From contig CM052818.1 of assembly GCA_028534125.1 (NCBI GenBank), positions 8,558,001 through 8,622,000 on the forward strand: 64,000 bases of DNA. The letters are read 5' to 3'. Source of the DNA: Lama glama. Its lineage: Eukaryota. Under the pieces are notes generated by a model that worked only from the letters and a program-made list of their open reading frames with translations, did not search any database and was not told the DNA's origin. Shown piece after piece: positions 52,471 to 64,000 of this stretch (positions within the stretch are counted from its first letter, which is position 1; the number at the start of each line of letters is the position of its first letter). The translations under genes were made by a program, and so were the position numbers.

Positions 52471-54299
52471 ATAAAGGCTGTTGTTACATGACTAGCTTTT
52501 AGCAGTCTCAGTACCCTGCATTTACTCAGTGTTACAGCATAACAGTGTGCTTTCATATTCGCTACTTCTTCTTAATTGCATTATGCAATAGTGTGAACGT
52601 GAGTACCCTTGGGATGATTGGTAGATACCATCTAAAAGATGTTCATCTTTTAGAACAAGTAGCAGAATGTCAGCTTCGGCAGTTGTCACAGGCCTGGGCT
52701 TAGCTCTCGTCCACACCCTGTCCCTATTCCAGAGTTTTCTGCAAGCTTCCAGTCAGGGGAAGGCTGCCTCCTTCCCCCTCCCGTCCCCACCTCACAGAAC
52801 ATACTGATGGATTGAAACTGTGTATCTGCTGCTCTCACCCAAGTTCCAAGGGGAGCTTGGAAGAAGCTGCTCTTAGAGGTCAAAGAGAAGCTCAAAAGCT
52901 TCAAAGATTCTGTCAGGTGGGGTTGCCCTTGAGGGGCTCCTGGAGCAGCCAGACTGCCTACCTGATCTCCTTATGCCTGGGTCTCCGAGTTTACCCTGCC
53001 TTGGAGAAGGTCCGCCCTGCCCCTCGCCCCTAGCACGCTTCTCCTTGTCTTTCGGTTTACTTCTGCCAGCTTACCTGGTAGCCAGGCGGGGGAGGCAAGA
53101 CTCTGGCCATCTTAGCCCTTGCCTTGTTCAGACTAAGACTCCTGGACAATGTGATTCTGCAACCTGCCCCTGACTCTTGTGTTCCTCAAGCCGTGGCACT
53201 GCTCCCTTTTCCCAGATCCCAAATCTTGATTTCTACAGCTACACTGGCTCTGTTGTGTCTTTCCACAGACTTGCTCTTGGATTGCCAGTCTCCTCCCGGC
53301 ACGGCAGGGATGAGGATAGCAGCTCAGACCTATTTCCTGAAGTCTCTGTGAGTATCCTGACAGTTCTTTCTTCCACAGGCTTGGTCCCCTGTAATACAGC
53401 TGTGCACTGTGGGAGCAAATGTACCTCTCCACTGACTTCCTTAGGCCTTAGGCCTTCCTTAGGCCGGTTCCTGCATAAAGTCACCTACCTCTCACTCCAT
53501 GAATCTAAGAGAAATTTCAATCTTTATTGATAGTAAGTGTTTTCTGGGAAAAACATGCAAGATCATTGGTTTTACTGACTTTTTTGGATTCTTAAGGGCA
53601 TGGCCTGAGACCAGAGCTTTCTGAATTGGCAAGCAGGCTAGTGAGCAAGGGCCAGGCAATGGCCTGTGAGGACACAGGGCAGGGTTTGGAGAAACTGTCC
53701 AGTGTGAGTTTGGACCTGGGGCAAGAGTTGAAGGCAGATTTCATAAGTTGTAGCTGGCTCTGCTATGGTCATGGCCTTTGTTGGTACCAGCAGATATTCC
53801 AAGGTATGATTAGACAGCGGGTAAAGGAACAGAGGGCTGCCAACATGTGGCCAGGCCCCAGAAGATTCATTTATGGGAGCAGGATCCAGTCACTAGCTAA
53901 GGTCCAGAGCAATGTCTGGCATTCGACAACACCTTTAAAATACCTTACAGCATCAGGCACATGTGTGCCCAAAGCTGAAAGTAGCCTTGAGTACCTACAT
54001 TTCTTCCCCCAAACACCTTTTGCTGGTAATCTGTTTGCTTCGCTTTCCACTCATGACCCTGATGCAGTCACTGCTCCTCCTAAATGATTCAAACACTCTA
54101 ACTGCCTTCAGCTTCGCCCAGCACTACCTTCCCACCCACTCTACCTGGTGCTTCTTATCTCTGGATATAATGCTTGCCCTAGGGATGCTTCATGTGTCCA
54201 AAACCCATTATTTCTTCCCTCTACTATGCTGCTCCTGCAGCCTTCCCTGTCACGGGCACCATCAACCTCCATTTTCCCAATCCAGAAACCTGAAGGATA

Positions 54300-54770
54300 C
54301 CATAAAACTTATTTCCGTATTTAATAAATATTATAGATTCATTAACATTGAACTCATGACCAAGAACACTGTAACTTAAGCCTGAGCAAAGCTACCCAAA
54401 CACACATTTTTAGCCTGTAAGGTGCTTCTTGTGCTTAGAAAGACTGGAAAACACTTCAGCACTACACATAGGAGTCATTTTAAACAATGAAATCACCAAA
54501 AAGAGAACAAAAATGTGAAAAAGAGCACTACGGGGACCACTCAAAAGACACTTGTTTACAGTATGAGAGCCAATGCAATGAGGCAGAGTGTTGGCTTTGT
54601 TCGACCTCAGCTGGGAACGTGTATGTCAGATGACTCAAATTTTTCACTGCTCTGCCCCTGTCCACAATACCATGAAAGTGCTGTGAGTATTGACTTGGGG
54701 ATTACAAATGAATTTCAGCAAGTAGGCAAATTTGCGAACGTGGGATCCACGAACAAGGAGAATCCACTAC
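54300..54770. mobile_element. TcMar-Tigger relic (MER82-like)
   Basis: acacttgtttacagtatgagagc...gtattgacttggggattacaaatgaatttcagcaagtaggcaaatttgcgaacgtgggatccacgaacaaggagaatccact resembles the recalled MER82 terminus. Confidence 0.7.
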
Positions 54771-54941
54771 AGCTACAATTTACTGAACACCTACCACATA
54801 GCACTGAACTAGGTGCTTCACAGATACACGTTTTTGCCAAGTTTATCAACTTTTCACTCCTCAGCTGAGATGACTCAGTGTTAACAATAGTGGACACATC
54901 GTTAGATCCAAAGGCTAGCACCACTTGAAACAGTAGGACTT

Positions 54942-55057
54942 AATTTTTTGTATTTTTTAGATTTATTTATTTATTTATTACTGGAGGTGCTGGGGATTGA
55001 ACCCAGGACCTCATGCATGCTAGGCATGCACTCTACTACTGAGCTATACCCTCCCCC
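54942..55057 (-). mobile_element. Camelid tRNA-derived SINE (short form)
   Basis: ggggattgaacccaggacctcatgcatgctaggcatgcactctactactgagctataccctccccc; TSD agtaggactt at 54932-54941 and 55059-55068. Confidence 0.93.
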
Positions 55058-57054
55058 AAGTAGGACTTTAAAATAAGATTAATGTCATACAACGGTCACA
55101 CCAAGCTTAAGGATGCATTAACGGAGCTGGATACTTATAATAGGCAGGGCTTCTGCTGCTCTTGGAAACTTCTGACTCAAAAGTCTGAGCTGTTACAGAA
55201 AACTAAGAATGCACTGCACACTCAGCAACAGGACTGCAGAGAATCTTTCTTATAGGAAAACACGCCCAGCAGTTAAGAGTGCAATCATCTTCCCAAGCAA
55301 CATTGTGTGAAGCCAAAAACAGTCAAGCAAACAAATTCAAAGAGACAAATGTGTCCTTCAGGGCATTGACTGACTAAGTGGGAACCTGAGAAGTTAGCAA
55401 GCTTCAGAACATTCTGTCTTGAAGCGTCATGACTTGTGAAATAATGATCTTGTCCAGTCACCTACGTATCCACAGTCTTCCTTGCTTTCCATTCAGGTCA
55501 GTCTGGACTCTGTTTCAAACTACATGGAGCTCATTACTCCTTCTTATCTTTACTCTGATCACAATGTCATCCTCTTCTCAACCAAATCACCCTGGACAGG
55601 CAAGCCTCAGCTCATTCTCGTGTCTTCCATTAACCTCTCCTGGACCACCTCAGCCCTCTAGGTCTTTCTTGTCTATGGGAGGATATGGACCACCCTGAAT
55701 CTAGACCACTGGTCACCTCATCTATAAAAGCAAAATAATAATGCCTACCTCTCAGGACTTAGGCAGGACAGCACATGGGTGTGAAAAGCCAGGGTCTGGC
55801 ACGAGGTAGCTGCTCAACAATGTTGGTGTTTCTGAATCTGAATGATGTTTTTCACTTTGGTTCATTTGAATTCACTTTTGATTATCCCTTCTGAGGCAAA
55901 TTTTAGGAAGAAAAAGAGAACATCACAAGACACAAGGCAACAGCAAGAGAGAACATGCTTTGGGGCAGTGATTTCCAACTTTGAATTTCATGGACCAGTG
56001 CAAGAATTTTGGGAACTGACCTCAGGTTGCTTAATATTTCCCTTTTGCTTAGAATCTCTCCAATAACATTTTTACCTTATATAATAATTATTACAAAATA
56101 AACACATTATAAGGGCAAAAAGGTAAGAAGGAAATAATATCAGAATTTTCTGTTCTGAAAATGAGTATACTCAGCTTTAGGAAAAACTCCCCTCACTCAT
56201 GCATTCACTTATCCTTTCGTTCATTCACTGGCCATAGTAAGTGACGTGCACCAGGAATTTCTATACGATGAGGTACAGTGGTAAAAATGACAGAGAAGTT
56301 TCCTATATTCATGGAGCTCTTTTTTTTTTTTTTGTATCAGAAAAGATATCTGGGAAAACTCATGACCAACCAGTACCAATCCAGTCACTGGACCATACAC
56401 TGGCTTTTGAGAGCTACGGCATGAAAGTACTTGATCACTGATGTAAGGCTCAGGCCCTGCTTCCAAGCCCTGAAGGAGGGAGCAGGAAGGTGTCATGCTG
56501 CACAGAGACTGGGACAGTGACACCCTGGGGCAGCGAGTGTGTCAACCTGAGAAATTCACTTCAGGCTGGTTACTTTTTATGAGTGCAACCCCACATAAAA
56601 TATCTTTCTAGAAGTTGGCATTTTTGACCATGAATGGCAATGACTTATATTTAGTCCAAAGAGACCTCAAATATAGGGCACATGTGATTTGAAACAGTTG
56701 TCAAAGTGTGGAGATAAACCCTGAGAAAAGAGAGGGGAGGGGGATGAAAACCTGGCTGTGCTCTGGGAGTTCCTCAGTTTGTTTCTCACCAGGATTCAAA
56801 AGAAAATAGCTGGCTGTTATGAAACAGGAGCTTTCAAAGGTGCTATAGAAAAAAACTTTTAGCACTGCTAAACACTCGGAGCACTCAGCCAACAAAGATA
56901 AAGCATTTGTTCTTATTCTGAAATTCTGAATTAAACTCAGGTCAGAGTAACAGTTGTGTTTCATTCTAGCATGCCTTAGTGAGAAACTGGAGGAAAATCC
57001 CCAGGAACTGATAAGCCCACTGCAACATGTTGACTTGTTGGATAGAGAGGACAC

Positions 57055-57057
<3 letters not shown>

Positions 57058-57100
<43 letters not shown>

Positions 57101-57150
57101 TATTTGCATTATAGTATATATACTATATATATAGTGTGTGTATATATATA
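57058..57150. repeat. (CA)n microsatellite followed by TA-rich repeat
   Basis: Read directly. Confidence 0.95.
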
Positions 57151-58408
57151 GTGCTTGATTTCTAAAAGTCACAATCACAAGTAAGGGAAAGTAGCACCTA
57201 ACATAAACTATCAGAACTTGTCACAATACTTTCCATATGTAACAGATTGAGAATCTCACATGACAGTCTCCAGTGTCCTGGACTAAAATTTATAAAAGCA
57301 AAGACTCATTTTGTACTCCAGAGGAACCCTTCAGAGCTCAGACAAGTATTTACTAGAAACAATACTACATTTTCCGGGGCCTCACTTTTGAGAGCTCTTT
57401 GCCTAGCAGCATCGCCATACAAGGAAGAGTGGGAGTGCCAACTTCCCGAACACAGTGGGAATAAGATCGAAAAGAAAATGATCAAGAAACCATAAGCAGA
57501 AGTTTCTTCCTTGTCACAGCATTTTAGGATCAAAAATAAAAAGATTTACTAAAATTAGCCACAATGGAAAACCCTGAAGTAGAAAGTTCTAAGGCCAATG
57601 GCCTCCATGCTTTAGGCAACTTTATCAACTTGATGCTATAAACCACAGCACACAAATTAATTATTCCCAGATGCTGAGGCTGAAGAATGCTTGCTGAATT
57701 GTTCTGTGTCTCAAACTCTTCAGTATAAACACATACTCACAGGATTGCCTTCCCTATTTTGGCTCCCAACATGCAAGTAATTATATACACTGTGCAGGAT
57801 AATGTTGGATGAGCTCGCCTTTGAATATCAAGCAAGTTCTGGGTTCTGCCAGCCTTTTGGATACCATGTCCACAAACATTTTTCTCTGACAGTCTTTAGC
57901 AACGACTTGTAAACAAATTGTTTCAAATTTATAAAAAAAAATTTCAACAGCAGCACAAGCCTCATTTCCAAATTATTCCAAACTCCTTAAGAGCTGGAGA
58001 GGGCAAAATTCATCTCAAATATAGTACAGATCTTGCCTCACATCAAGAAGTTTTTTCTACAGGCCTATGAGAGGAGGTCAGAAATCATATTGGTAGTTTT
58101 TTATATTTTTATATTCTTCCTATTTTGTCAACATGTAAACAAAGAAGGTGGGGAAAGCCTAGGTTGTGAATCAGCTGTGAACTGAGAATTCATTTCGGAT
58201 TAAAACATAGATTCTCTGATCATGGCCAGAATAATGTGAGTACAGGGTCATTTGTCTACTCCAGCTTCAAATTTTCACAGGGCAAATGAAATGTACTTGG
58301 TGTTGGGTAAGTCATGGAGGGTTTTTAGGGCTATCTGAGCCTTCACACTTCTCAGGGTAAATAAACTCAGTGGGTTTGCTTGGGGTCTTTATGTAGTGAG
58401 GCACAGGG

Positions 58409-58434
58409 GTGTGTGTGTGTGTGTGTGTGCGTGT
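58409..58434. repeat. (GT)n microsatellite
   Basis: Read directly. Confidence 0.93.
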
Positions 58435-58539
58435 TTAATGTGGTATTGTGGGAGATAAGGAAGGCACAGGGAAAACCTCAGGAGCTATTAAAGAAAAAAA
58501 AAAACATTTTCCACAGAAGGAAAGAGAAGTTATGTAGAC

Positions 58540-58960
58540 CTGCCAACGGCAACACAAATGAGGGAAAGTTCAAGGAAAGTTGATATCTAAAAATGAATAA
58601 ATAAAAGGAAATGCAATAAGAAAACAATATTCAGGTCAGGTCAAAGCCCAGAGAAAAATGCTCATTCAGAACTGGGCTGACATCCTGCTTTTTCTGAAGT
58701 GAGCAGCTGCTGGTTATTGAAACCAGCCCACACAGTTGGGTCCCTGCTGCCATGGCAACACTTAGGCGTCTGTGCTGGAGGGGCCAAGGCACAATGGGGT
58801 GGTTCCAGGGCCCAGAAGCACTCTGGCTACAGATTACGGAGGATTTTTTGTCTTTTATATGTATTGGGAAATTTTGATTCCTGGATTTGTGGCTGGGTAT
58901 TGGAAACTTTTTCTACCTACAATAAACTCTGACCTAAGGGGCAGATTTTCATGCAAATAG
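58540..58960 (-). promoter_or_regulatory. Candidate distal promoter / alternative first exon of EHBP1
   Basis: Block with no recognisable repeat. Near-perfect RFX X-box GCTGCCATGGCAAC 58746-58759, DR1-like AGGTCAAAGCCCA 58638-58650, octamer ATGCAAAT 58951-58958, possible minus donor CAG|gtctac at 58539. Confidence 0.4.
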
Positions 58961-59404
58961 CAGCATGGAAGGAAAGCATCAAGGTGTTCAACAGGCAAAT
59001 AACTCATTTCCTGTCTCATTTAAAATTCTTTTACAAATCTCTAGTAAGCTTTGGGCATTTGTACTCAGTCCCTTGTATTACAACCTCAGGACATTTTTCA
59101 AATTATGCTTAGCTTGCTTTTTATATTACTAGTTTATAATAATAACATATGGTCTTAAATGGAAAAATTATCATCGCCTTATGAATTGAAAAAGCTAGCT
59201 AATAATTAAATAAAGACTGAAATTAAAAATACAGACTATCGAATTAAAAATACAGACTATTGATTATAAATCATACATACAGAGCCTCGGTAATTGACAC
59301 ATTTAAGTACTGAACTCATCATCTTGGTTTCATTAGTACCACAAGTAACAAATTTATCTGCCAACTAATTAAGTATAAAGAAAATTGCAACGTAGTAATT
59401 TCAT

Positions 59405-59630
59405 AATGTAGCCCAGTAACAGCATAGACTTTAGAGTCAAACTACTTGAGTTCCAACCCTGTCATTTATTTGCTGTGTAGTCTTGGACAGTTATTTAATT
59501 TTCCTTGATTCTATTTCCTCGTCTGGAAAATGAGGATAAGAGTAACCTACCTGGTCAAGATTGTTAAAGGTATATGGTGGGTTAATATTTGTAAAGTGCT
59601 TAGAAACTGTGTTTGGTTAACGTGTAAGTC
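59405..59630 (+). mobile_element. MIR SINE
   Basis: gcatagactttagagtcaaactacttgagttc...gctgtgtagtcttggacagttatttaa...tttcctcgtctggaaaatgagg...gtaaagtgcttagaa. Confidence 0.88.
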
Positions 59631-60935
59631 CTTAGGAAATAAATAGGTAGACAAATAAATACCAATTTTAAAGGACCTCTTTTTTAAGACTCTGGGAAAC
59701 ATTGCCTTTGGAATTCAGGACAGCACAGCGTTCTTGTGTACCTATACCCCCATTCAGGAAATGTTAGACTTACTTATATCTATGGCTTATAACACAAAGC
59801 CATGCTTAAGGCTCCTTGACCCTGATAAAGCAGCTCATTTGTGAATTTAGCCAATTTGTGTGTATGGTGGGAAGTGCTTTGAAAAATTATATACTGGATC
59901 TTCTGGTTCATTTGGATCCCTACAAAAGTTTAAGTGTTTGTTAAAAACACAAGGCACAGTGCTTGCTAGACTAAGCAGGTATAAGATGCAAACCTATTCC
60001 AGGACCCACCTACTCTAGCAGTAGCCAAGGAGTCTCAGCCTCCTGGAGAAGAAAACCTAGTACCTTGTCACCTACATAATAGAGTGAGATGCATCATTTC
60101 ATTTAATTTTTTAAATTATTTATTTTTTACAAGTAAAAATTGAATATAGTTAAGATGCATGTATATATATGCCATGCAATTTCTTATAAATTGTCAAATT
60201 GCATTACCTTCTACAGTGGGGCCAGCATAAAACTGGTCCTATTGTATGATCCTGTTCTTCTGTTTTTACTTCCTTTGTTAAGTGAAAGAGGAATATCTGC
60301 TCAATATCATTGGTTGCAAAGTGCTTTTACAGTTCTTACTGAGATATTTGGATGCTTTCCACACAAATATGCTACTCCACCATTCATAGGATTTATAATA
60401 TTTTGGAATCCAGTATATCTGAGGCTAAGTGGTTAACATTTTAGCTGATGTTCTCCAATTAAGTCACATGCCTTCAATTCTAAAAACAGGGACCAGAAGT
60501 CATTCTGGAACCTTAAAGAAAGAAGTCAGCATCTATTTCAGTTTGAAAAATAGCAAAATCTATTTTCATACAATGAAGGTTTTCCCCCTTCCTTTCCCAC
60601 TATTAAAAGTGAGGTTATTATATATCTGGAGAGGTGAGTACACTTGAGTGTAGGGTTGAATGCTGAAAGGACCAAGACTGAAACACACATAAAAAATTCA
60701 TTTGTTAAAAACTTGAGGTCTCTCTGTAGTTTAACACATATCCCGTTTTCTAAGAAAACAAACGTACTATCAGATCCAGTAAAACTTTCAGCAGAAAATT
60801 TTTTAGAGGTCAGAAAAAAAAATTAGAGGGAGGCAGCATTCCATAATTGAAGAAAACAGAAGCTGCCACCTAGAAGAATCTCAGACGGAGCTGAAGCAAT
60901 AACAATTTGAAAAGATACAGAATTGAGCAAATTGA

Positions 60936-61070
60936 TTTTTTTTAATTCTTTTTTTTTTTTAAATGGAGGGAGGTAATTAGGTTTATTTATTTAGTAGAGG
61001 TTCTGGTAATTGAACCCAGGACCTCATGCATACTGGGCGTGCACTCTACCACTGAGCTATACCCTCCCCC
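60936..61070 (-). mobile_element. Camelid tRNA-derived SINE
   Basis: gggaggtaattaggtttattt...ttgaacccaggacctcatgcatactgggcgtgcactctaccactgagctataccctccccc; TSD ttgagcaaattga at 60923-60935 and 61071-61083. Confidence 0.93.
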
Positions 61071-61344
61071 TTGAGCAAATTGACTTTATTGTTCCAGGAG
61101 GTTTAAACGGAAACCTTAAAAAAGCAGTCTCTTTTTTCTGTATTCCACTCCAAGAACTGAAGTGGTCTTATATAAGAATGTTGGCTCCAGCACTGAGCTG
61201 TACTTAAGAGAGAAAGGAGGTTATGAGGCCCAGGGAAAGCTGCCCTGGAATGACAGTCAGGAGACCTGGGTCAAAGTTTCGCCTGGGCCACTTGTCAATG
61301 TATGGCAGGTTACTTTCCCCGCCTGAGTTATTAACAACCATGGC

Positions 61345-61413
61345 GATGGAGGTAGCAGCAGAAGTAGCAGCAGTAATAGGAGCAGCAGCAACAGGAGTGT
61401 TAGTATTCGCTGT

Positions 61414-61450
<37 letters not shown>

Positions 61451-61672
61451 ATAGGAGCAGCAGCAGCAGGAGTGTTAGTATTCGCTGTAGCAGCAGCGGC
61501 AGCAGCAGCACAGCAATAGTAGGAGCAGTAGTAGTATCAGTAGCAGTAGCAGTAGCAGTAGCAGCCGTGGTCACAGTAGTAGCAGCAGCAGCTGCAGCAG
61601 CAGCAGCAGTGGCAGTGGTAGCTTCAGCAGCAGTGGTGGTAACAGCAGAGGCAACAGCAAACAGCAGCAATA
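61345..61672. repeat. Compound (CAG/TAG)-type trinucleotide repeat with a 75-bp higher-order duplication
   Basis: (CAG)10 at 61416-61445; the unit gtaataggagcagcagcaRcaggagtgttagtattcgctgtagcagcagc occurs at 61373 and 61448. Confidence 0.95.
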
Positions 61673-61674
61673 AG

Positions 61675-61905
61675 TAGACATTTCCATTTACTGTGGGTCT
61701 ACTATCAGGCACTTGACTGAAAACTACACAAACACTATTTGCATTGAAACTCCATGGTGACCTTCCACAATAGGTATCATTACCCTCATGTAACTATTGA
61801 GGAAACTGAGGACCACAGAGGTTAAGTGATTTGCTCAAGGCCACTTTGTTGATGAGTGAAAAAAATCTGGATTTTGAATCTGGAACGATCTGATTCCAAA
61901 GACTT
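61675..61905 (-). mobile_element. MIR SINE
   Basis: catttactgtgggtctactatcaggcact...gaggaaactgaggaccacagaggttaagtgatttgctcaaggccac...tctgattccaaag. Confidence 0.85.
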
Positions 61906-61939
61906 GCTATTCTCTGGGGCAAAAACAATGTGGTATGGA

Positions 61940-62100
61940 GCAGTGCTTCTCAAACTTTAATGTGCTTATGAACCATTTGGTGCTCATGTGAAAATGAAGA
62001 TGCAGATGCAGTCAGCCTGGTGTGATGCCTGAGATCCTGCATTTCTAACAAGCTCCCAGGTGACGCTGGTCCTAGGAAGCACACCTGGATTCGCCAGAAG
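61940..62100. mobile_element. MER5A-type hAT element
   Basis: cagtgcttctcaaactttaatgtgc...gcctgagatcctgcatttctaacaagctcccaggtgacgctg. Confidence 0.85.
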
Positions 62101-63442
62101 ACAGTAGAAGGGAAGTGTGCTTTCCAGTCAGAATGCATGGCCTTAGTTTCCTCATCTGCAGCACAAAGGGGTTTGGTAAAATGAGTTTTAAGGTGCATTC
62201 CAGCGCTGACATCCCAACATTCAGTGTGTACTATGGTATTAAGAAACCAGATCACACAGGAATGACTCTTAGCCACATGAATTTTTAAACTGGTTTCAGA
62301 TGAGATTCTGGCCGTGATTTATGTATCTTTCTGCAGTATCTCTGACAGGTAGGATCAGACACTCTCACTCAAATTATATTATTGTTAAGCTTTAGGCTGA
62401 GCTAAATCTTACTGAAAGAGTTCAAAGCACTTCTTTCCATAAGCATCTTTAAAGATTATAAATGTAAAAATAGCTTCTTATGAGAAGCTTAGATGGCAGG
62501 GTTTTTCTTTTTAATAACATAAATGAGAAGTCTCCAAAACCATAATGGTAGCACAATCCATAAAAATATGTTAATGCTTCATCTTAAAGTCTTACAGAAA
62601 TTGAGGTTTTCTGAGTTAACAAAATAGACTTCATCACAGATGGTCCGAATGATAAAAGGAAACAGCACACTAGTGTAGCAAGACTAAAAACACTGCTCTT
62701 AGCTGAGCATGCTGAAAGCCTTTAAGGAAATCTTTCTACATATAGCTCTGCTAAGTACTGAAGGAAAAATGGATTTGATTGGCAAGGGCACTTCAGATGT
62801 TTTAGGGAAAGCTCAGGGCCAGAGGATGTGCAAGTTTTATTATAGAGAAGCCATTTCTAATGAAAATGGATGCCTTTATTAAGTTGCCTTTTTCTCATCA
62901 TCTTGTGCCTAACACAGGCCAGTGGCACCAAGAAAAGTGGTGTTTGCTTTCTTCCAAGACCTGCAGTCCATATCACCATGACAGACGTCATGAACTTCTT
63001 TTCCTGAATTCAAACAAGGGCAGATGTAGGAGGGTGGCATAGTCCATAGTCTATGAATCTTTGATTAAAAAAAGAATTTCTCAATGGTGAGGACCATTAG
63101 AAATCAGAATTGAAACCCTTTTTATCAAGGGCTTTGGAAATCAGACATAAATACACATCCTTCCGGAAATACCTAAGTATATTTGTGTCTAAAGGAATCT
63201 GATCAAGGGAGATTTGATGTCACAGTGTTTTTTAATGGTCCTCAAGGGTGGCCCATATTTATTTAGCCAACTCTCAATTATCCGTGGCTGTGATGGTCAA
63301 ACTTTTTAAAGAGGTGGAGCCACTCTTTTCTAAATAGTTTCTTATGAAGAATCCCTAAATGTAAAGTAGATAAACCCAGAGCTACTGCATTTAAAGTTTG
63401 GGAAGAAGGGTTGCCCTTAGACCCTGCTATGGTCACCATAGG

Positions 63443-64000
63443 TGTGTTTCAGCTAACTGCTTAACAAACCACCCCAGAACTTAGTGGCTCAAAATTAAAC
63501 ATTGTTGTCTCTCATAGTTCTGTAAGTTGACAAGGTTCAGCCAGGAAGTTCTTTCTTGGGCTCTCTCCTGTAGTTACGGTCACAATGTCCTCTGAAGGCT
63601 CTGCTGGGCTGGGTGCCCAAAATGATGCCTTCATCCCATGTCCAGAGCTTTGGTGCTCCTTGGCTTCTCTCTGTCTCCACACAGCATCTCATCCTCCAGG
63701 GTCTTTCAGTGTGGTTTGGGATTCTCATAGGGTGGTTTCTAGGTAATCACACTTCTTACATAGCAGCTGGCTTCTAAGAAACAAGAATTGAAACTTCCAG
63801 GCCAGTTAATGGCTAAGCCCAGTACTGGCACAACACCACTTCCACTGTATTCTATTGCCAAAGCAATCACACAGACTTCCCAGATTCAGAGGGGTAGAGA
63901 AATAACAACCCCTTGATGGGAAGGTAGCAACGTCACGTTGTAGAAAAGCATGCGGGTTGGGAGATATTGTTGCAGCCATCTTTGGGATATGCCATCTGCC
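63443..64000 (-). mobile_element. MaLR LTR (MLT1F/G/H-like), antisense
   Basis: ctgcttaacaaaccaccccagaacttagtggct...ctcatagttctgt...cacttccactgtattctattg...cccagattcagagggg...gcagccatctttgg. Confidence 0.88.

Noticed and set aside
51065..54087. Many overlapping 65-150 aa ORFs
   Set aside because: Moderately GC-rich intergenic DNA; many use non-ATG starts, with no domain similarity or consistent exon structure.
35545..54880. Scattered AP-1 sites (TGASTCA at e.g. 35560, 40638)
   Set aside because: A 7-mer is expected several times by chance in 64 kb; no convincing cluster.
61345..61672. CRISPR-like or coding poly-Gln interpretation of the repeat
   Set aside because: There is no repeat-spacer structure, and the CAG (Gln) frame is repeatedly broken by TAG/TAA stops.

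Overview
Mammalian genomic DNA, very probably camelid, judging by five tRNA-Ala-derived Vic-1-type SINEs. The only gene I can firmly recognise is EHBP1 on the minus strand. Its CpG-island promoter and non-coding first exon lie at about 25.6-26.8 kb, and its first coding exon at 24642-25046 (CDS 24745-24642, MASVWKRLQRVGKHASKFQFVASYQELMVECTKK(W)). Bases 1-24641 are the following intron; the next coding exon was not found in the window. The rest is intronic or upstream DNA dense in old L1, L2, MIR, MaLR/ERV LTR and MER DNA-transposon relics plus microsatellites. No rRNA, genuine tRNA or CRISPR features were found, and most ORF-track entries are spurious. The items most worth following up are all inference: (1) a chain of plus-strand exon-like segments with canonical splice sites and decayed reading frames running away from the EHBP1 promoter (about 26.6-33.5 kb), a possible unitary pseudogene or lncRNA; (2) a uORF-laden EHBP1 leader, including a poly-Ala uORF read through a GCN repeat; (3) a candidate distal EHBP1 promoter at about 58.5-59 kb; (4) a sense-oriented solo LTR and a candidate poison exon in the EHBP1 intron; (5) a compound CAG/TAG repeat producing proto-gene-like ORFs. 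No new biological system can be established from the sequence alone. Repeat family names are from recalled consensus motifs, not a database search, and repeat boundaries are approximate.
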